Source: Nitrososphaeraceae archaeon
Lineage (GTDB): Archaea; Thermoproteota; Nitrososphaeria; Nitrososphaerales; Nitrososphaeraceae
Direction: 5' to 3'
Assembly (NCBI GenBank): GCA_044870765.1
Contig: JBIOZG010000035.1
Coordinates: 1 to 64,000 of the forward strand
DNA: 64,000 bases
Part shown: positions 59,233 to 64,000 of the stretch, in pieces
How the letters are laid out: every line of letters begins with the position of its first letter
How positions within the stretch are numbered: the first letter of the stretch is position 1
Notes under the pieces: model-generated
Told to the model about the DNA's origin: nothing
Database searches by the model: none
The model's input: only the letters and a program-made list of their open reading frames with translations
Translations under genes and position numbers: made by a program

Positions 59233-59968
59233 AATCCCATCAAATCATCCGAGAGCAAGTTCACTCATCATAAGAGAAAAACTGGTTGACGGATTCAATG
59301 GAGGAATCGTCGTTCCACAAGGACTAATTGCTCATGGTAGAGGTGAAGCGTTTGATTATTTGCTGGGCGAGAAAACCACAAAATACGCATACGACGCTGA
59401 AAAAGTCGCAGTATGTATACTATTATTATCAGATAAATCAGCTATATCCATAAATGGTAATACTGCAGCATTATGTGCTAAAGATTTAGTCAAACTAAGT
59501 TATGTTACTAAATCAAGAATCGAAGTAAATCTTTTTCATAGGAGTGTGGCAAGATCCAATGCAATAGCGCGGATATTGAGAAAAGAAGGTTCACGCGAGG
59601 TACTGGGAGTGGACACTAAGGCAAAGTCCATAATCTATGGCATATCAAGTAATCGCAAGTTTGTAGCTAAAGAAGGAATAATGGACTCTGATACTGTCTT
59701 AGTTACATTAGAAGATGGCGATAGAACAGAAAGTCTAGTAAGGATGGGTAAGAAAGTCATTTCTGTCGATCTGAATCCGCTATCTAGAACTGCGATAGCA
59801 TCTAACGTTGCTATCATTGATAACATTGTGCGTGCAATACCGAATATGATAAGGTTATCAGAACAACTTGTCAAGAAGCAAAAGACATATTTACAGAGTC
59901 TGATTAAGAATTTTGATAACAAAGAAAATATACGCAACTCATTACTAGTAATCAAAAAGGGAATATGA
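59222..59968 (+). CDS. pps: Phosphopantothenate synthetase (4-phosphopantoate-beta-alanine ligase)
   Basis: HPRA.SL..RE, AHGRGEAFDYLLGE, EVNLF, LEDGDR, DLNPLSRT. Confidence 0.95.
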   Translation: MTHKIPSNHPRASSLIIREKLVDGFNGGIVVPQGLIAHGRGEAFDYLLGEKTTKYAYDAEKVAVCILLLSDKSAISINGNTAALCAKDLVKLSYVTKSRIEVNLFHRSVARSNAIARILRKEGSREVLGVDTKAKSIIYGISSNRKFVAKEGIMDSDTVLVTLEDGDRTESLVRMGKKVISVDLNPLSRTAIASNVAIIDNIVRAIPNMIRLSEQLVKKQKTYLQSLIKNFDNKENIRNSLLVIKKGI

Positions 59969-59969
59969 A

Positions 59970-60830
59970 ATGAGCGGTCAAAAAAAATCAAAAGTTACAA
60001 TTTCTGAAATTTTGGACAAGAAAAGGAACAAGGAAAAGATAACAATGCTAACATCTTATGATTATTCTATATCTCGTATTTGTAATGAGACTAATTTGGA
60101 CATAGTCCTGATAGGCGATAGTGCAGCGACCGTCATGCTGGGATATGATTCGACAAGGAAGATCGGAATGACGGAAATGTTGACTTTTTGCAAAGGGGTA
60201 TCTAATGCAATAACAAGACCATTAATAGTTGCTGACATGCCATTTGGATCCTATCAAACAGGTTTAACGAATGCGATTAAAAATGCCCTTAAATTTCTGA
60301 GATGCGGTTGTGATGCAGTTAAGGTAGAAGGTGGAACCGAAATTGTCGATATAATCAAGAATTTGACAGCCATTGGTGTTCCTGTAATGGGACATATAGG
60401 ATTACAGCCTCAGACTACTCCGCTATACCATGGCTACAGCTCACAGGGAAAAACGGCCGAAGATGCATTAAAGCTAATTGGCGAAGCAAGGGCACTAGAA
60501 GAAGCTGGTGTTTTCAGCATTGTTCTTGAAAAGGTTACCAACGAAGTATCATCAATCATAGCTCAATCTGTTAAAGTACCAATAATAGGGATAGGATGTG
60601 GTCCCAATGTGGATGGACAAGTTTTGGTAATTCATGATATGTTGGGCCTGTATAAAGATATGGAGCCTAAGTTTGTAAAAAGGTATCTTGATTTGTCTGG
60701 ACAAATATTTGATGCAATAAAAGAATACGAAAATGAAGTTAAATCTGGAAAGTTCCCGCAAGAAGAACATACATATCATATGAACGAAGAAGAGTTTACA
60801 AAACTTGAAGAAATGCTCAAAAGGGTCTAG
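59970..60830 (+). CDS. panB: 3-methyl-2-oxobutanoate hydroxymethyltransferase
   Basis: MLTSYD, LIGDS, ADMPFGSY, VKVEGG, GHIGLQPQ, DGQVLV. Confidence 0.97.
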   Translation: MSGQKKSKVTISEILDKKRNKEKITMLTSYDYSISRICNETNLDIVLIGDSAATVMLGYDSTRKIGMTEMLTFCKGVSNAITRPLIVADMPFGSYQTGLTNAIKNALKFLRCGCDAVKVEGGTEIVDIIKNLTAIGVPVMGHIGLQPQTTPLYHGYSSQGKTAEDALKLIGEARALEEAGVFSIVLEKVTNEVSSIIAQSVKVPIIGIGCGPNVDGQVLVIHDMLGLYKDMEPKFVKRYLDLSGQIFDAIKEYENEVKSGKFPQEEHTYHMNEEEFTKLEEMLKRV

Positions 60831-60832
60831 GT

Positions 60833-62128
60833 ATGATTAATTCAGAGAATTCTCGAAATCAAAAACATGTTTCGAAGGAAATCATAGGTCAAGAGAGCAA
60901 TGTCCTGAAAGGAATGAATATCGTCCTTTGCATTACTGCAAGTGTTGCTGCCTACAAAGCAATAGATCTTAGTAGAATGCTGATGCGATATGGAGCAGAA
61001 GTCCACCCGGTGATGTCAAAATCAACCAATTCCAAGTTACTGACCGCAGAAATAATGAATTGGGCTACAGGAAACAAAACTATAACGGAATTAACATCAG
61101 AGCTTGAACATATCACCCTTGCCAATTATGGAAAATCGGATCTAATTCTTGTATATCCTTGCACTGCCAACACTCTGGGTAAATTTGCCAATGGAATAGA
61201 AGACAATCCAGTGACCACTGTTCTGAGTGTAGCATTCGGTTCAAAAATACCCATTGTTATTGCCCCTGCAATGCACGAGGCCATGTATGAAAATGTCATT
61301 ATCAGAGATAACATAAAGAAATTAAAGTCATTAGGAGTATCGGTATTAGAACCATCGATTTCAGAAGATAAAGCCAAAGTCGTTTCTGCAGATAAGGTAT
61401 TGCAATTTGTTATTAGTAAAATTGCAAATAAGAAAGGAAAAATTGAGCCGACAGTGAATGTATTGGTAACGGCAGGTTCGACTATTGAATATGTTGATTC
61501 GATTAGAATTTTGACCAACTTAAGCTCTGGAAAAATGGGTTTGAATATAGCACAACATTGTGCAGATAAAGGTTACAATGTAACTTTTGTTTACGGTCAT
61601 GGTTCCTTGAATATGCAAGATGATTCAAGAATGAATATCATAAGAGTTAAGACTACTGAAGAAATGCTAAAGGTCTTGAGAGAAAGAATTTCCAAAGAAA
61701 AGCAACATATTGTCTTTCATGCTGCCGCAGTCGCTGATTTCATCGTGGCACATTCCGGAAAAAAATCTCCCAACAAAATGGATACTCGAAAAGGAACTAC
61801 AGCTATTAAACTTATTCCAACTCCGAAAATTATCGACAGAATAAAGGATTTTGATAAGAAAATTTTCTTGGTGGCATTTAAAGCGGAATATGATGTTTCA
61901 GAAGGGATATTGGTGAAAAAAGCTGTTGCTAAGCTTAAGGAGTGTAATGGTGATTTAATCGTAGCCAATGATGTTTCAAGAAAAGGATGCCACTTCGGTT
62001 CTGATACAAACGAGATCTACATAATAGATAAAGAAAAAAACATAATTCACATTCCACTTGCATCAAAGAAGGAAATAGCAAAAAAATTAGTAACGATAAT
62101 TTCAAAAAAAATTAACATTGGGCATTAA
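60833..62128 (+). CDS. coaBC: Bifunctional phosphopantothenoylcysteine decarboxylase/synthase
   Basis: TASVAAYK, PCTANT, PAMH, TAGST.E.VD.IR..TN.SSGKMG, AAAVADF, FKAE, VAND. Confidence 0.97.
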   Translation: MINSENSRNQKHVSKEIIGQESNVLKGMNIVLCITASVAAYKAIDLSRMLMRYGAEVHPVMSKSTNSKLLTAEIMNWATGNKTITELTSELEHITLANYGKSDLILVYPCTANTLGKFANGIEDNPVTTVLSVAFGSKIPIVIAPAMHEAMYENVIIRDNIKKLKSLGVSVLEPSISEDKAKVVSADKVLQFVISKIANKKGKIEPTVNVLVTAGSTIEYVDSIRILTNLSSGKMGLNIAQHCADKGYNVTFVYGHGSLNMQDDSRMNIIRVKTTEEMLKVLRERISKEKQHIVFHAAAVADFIVAHSGKKSPNKMDTRKGTTAIKLIPTPKIIDRIKDFDKKIFLVAFKAEYDVSEGILVKKAVAKLKECNGDLIVANDVSRKGCHFGSDTNEIYIIDKEKNIIHIPLASKKEIAKKLVTIISKKINIGH

Positions 62129-62139
62129 GAGATTTTTGA

Positions 62140-63216
62140 TTACAGAATTAGTAACTCCTTGGTAAACTTAGTTAGGGCTAAATCTTTGACACTGTCATTA
62201 ACTATTACTGTGTCTTCAATTCTTACTCCAAACTTGGAATTTATGTAAACACCAGGCTCAACTGTAACAACCATGCCTCTGGATAGTTTCTTTGGTTCAT
62301 TTTGACGTATCCATGGTTGTTCGTGAACTTCCAAACCCACTCCATGTCCAGTAGAATGAATGAAATTGTCTCCATACCCTTCGTCTGATATTATTTTACG
62401 GCAGGCCTCGTCAACTTTTCCACACTCAATTCCTTCCTTTATATTTTCGAGCCCCTGCTGTTGAGATTTCCTGACAAGATCGTACACCTGGGACATTATA
62501 GGATCCGTCTTGTTTAAGGCAAATGTACGAGTGGCATCAGAAATATACCCCTTATATCTCAGTGTTAAGTCTATAACTACCAAGTCTCCATTGGCAAATT
62601 CCCTGTTTGATGTTTCGAAATGAGGTAGAGCACTATTTGGTCCACCAGCAATTATGAATGGATTTAAAGTATAAGGATAGCATGTAGAAGTTGCTTCCAG
62701 ATTCATTGCTTCAAAGAGTAATTTTGACTGCAATTGTTTTTCGGTAAGTCCTGTTTTTATCTCCTCTTTGCATATTTCATATAGCTTGTCTATTATATGC
62801 GACGCCTCCTTGATTTTTTCAATTTCGTATTCATCTTTGATAATCCTTGAATCTCGAAATGGACCTTCATCCAAGACAAACTTACTGTTATCAGTTTGTG
62901 GTAAAATAGCTTGAATTGTTTCATAATCACTACAGTCAGAATAAAATCTTTGTTTTGTTAAGTAGGGCATTATTGATTTAATCAATCCTACGCCGCGCTC
63001 AGTAGTAATAATTTCAGAATATTTGGACTCATTTGATGCTCTGCTGCTTTCTAACTTGGGAACGAAGAGTTTGGTTTCATCAGGGGTGCATATGGCCACA
63101 GATTCCCCCCAAAAACCCGTCAAATAGAAAATATTTTCTGGTTTGAAAACCATCAATGCATTAATTCCGCTTCCAACAATTGAATCAAGGATTCTTTTGG
63201 CACGTTCGTTAGGCAT
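62140..63216 (-). CDS. Xaa-Pro aminopeptidase (M24 family)
   Basis: SALPH, D...YISDATRT, HSTGHGVGLEVHE, TVEPGVY, GVRIED. Confidence 0.95.
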   Translation of the reverse strand: MPNERAKRILDSIVGSGINALMVFKPENIFYLTGFWGESVAICTPDETKLFVPKLESSRASNESKYSEIITTERGVGLIKSIMPYLTKQRFYSDCSDYETIQAILPQTDNSKFVLDEGPFRDSRIIKDEYEIEKIKEASHIIDKLYEICKEEIKTGLTEKQLQSKLLFEAMNLEATSTCYPYTLNPFIIAGGPNSALPHFETSNREFANGDLVVIDLTLRYKGYISDATRTFALNKTDPIMSQVYDLVRKSQQQGLENIKEGIECGKVDEACRKIISDEGYGDNFIHSTGHGVGLEVHEQPWIRQNEPKKLSRGMVVTVEPGVYINSKFGVRIEDTVIVNDSVKDLALTKFTKELLIL

Positions 63217-63302
63217 AATTCAAGGCTAAATAAAATCATTTATGTCTTTTTCCAATTTTTACGTAATTATAAATATTGGCTATAATCTTTTCATGACTGT
63301 AA

Positions 63303-64000
63303 TTGGAATACCTTGTAATGCTTCCCGGCCCAACTAACGTTCCTAATAGAGTTATTAACGCAATGCTTACTCCGATGATAAACCATCGAAGTGATGATTT
63401 TAGAAAATTATACAAAGATATCGTAAGTAAGACACAAAAAGTATTTGAGACCGAAAATGATATTGTAGTACTTACAACATCAGGTACCGGGGCCGTCGAA
63501 ACTTCTGTTGTAAATCTAATAAAAAAGGATGATGTGGTGATCATACCAGTAAATGGAGAATTTAGTACCAGACTAGCAGATCTGATCGATAACTATGGTG
63601 GAAAAACTATCAGGATAAATTCACCTTATGGGCAAAATCCACCAATAGGAAAAATACAAGAGGCTTTTGAAAAAAACTCCAATTCCAAAGTCAAGGCGCT
63701 ATACGTTGTTTATAATGAAACATCCACAGGCACTACTTTGAGATATTTATCCAAATTAGGTGATATCTGTAAGGCCCACGGAGCATTTTTTGTAGTTGAT
63801 GCAGTCTCAATTCTCGGTGGCGATGAATTACCTGTGGATAAGTGGAATGTGGACATTTGTTTCACCGCAACTCAGAAAGCACTAGCTGCACCCCCTGGAA
63901 TAGCCCCTATTTCTATAAGCAAGGAAGCAAAAAAATACATGTTAGAGAATCCTCCGGCAAGTCAATATTTGAACTTGAAGCGATATTTCAAATACTACAA
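63303..64000 (+). CDS. Class V PLP aminotransferase (serine-pyruvate/alanine-glyoxylate type), 3'-truncated
   Basis: TTG start MEYLVMLPGPTNVP...NHRS, SGTGAVE, NETSTG, VDAVS, TQKALAAPPG; runs off the window end. Confidence 0.93.
   Translation, partial: MEYLVMLPGPTNVPNRVINAMLTPMINHRSDDFRKLYKDIVSKTQKVFETENDIVVLTTSGTGAVETSVVNLIKKDDVVIIPVNGEFSTRLADLIDNYGGKTIRINSPYGQNPPIGKIQEAFEKNSNSKVKALYVVYNETSTGTTLRYLSKLGDICKAHGAFFVVDAVSILGGDELPVDKWNVDICFTATQKALAAPPGIAPISISKEAKKYMLENPPASQYLNLKRYFKYY

Noticed and set aside
58297-62128. pok-pps-panB-coaBC operon, with CoaBC lacking the bacterial ACG catalytic loop
   Set aside because: Established archaeal CoA pathway; the loop difference is common in archaeal CoaBC

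Overview
AT-rich archaeal chromosomal segment, most consistent with a soil ammonia-oxidising archaeon of the Nitrososphaeraceae. The evidence is archaeal TFB, PolB2, the pantoate kinase/phosphopantothenate synthetase CoA operon, divergent amt and P-II genes, urease accessory genes, TATA-type promoters and many lineage-style secreted proteins; the taxonomy is my inference, not a database result. The window is gene-dense with mostly singleton stress, redox and secreted-protein genes. I found no CRISPR array, rRNA, canonical tRNA or intact transposase. Best leads: (1) a PolB2 gene at 32-34 kb whose usual partners, an inactivated RadA and two small helical proteins, form a separate operon at 51.5-52.9 kb, a candidate split damage-tolerance/mutasome system; (2) a degenerate ComA-HTH fusion next to a solo sulfonate-binding protein and a rhodanese-persulfide dioxygenase fusion, a candidate sulfur-sensing module; (3) an Lrp/AsnC-GAF regulator with two visible ATTTCC-N5-GGAAAT operators; (4) a TATA-preceded tRNA-like element; (5) several microproteins and pseudogene remnants missed by the ORF track (internally deleted MFS, CbtA, methyltransferase, frameshifted aldolase). 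All product calls come from motif recognition by eye.
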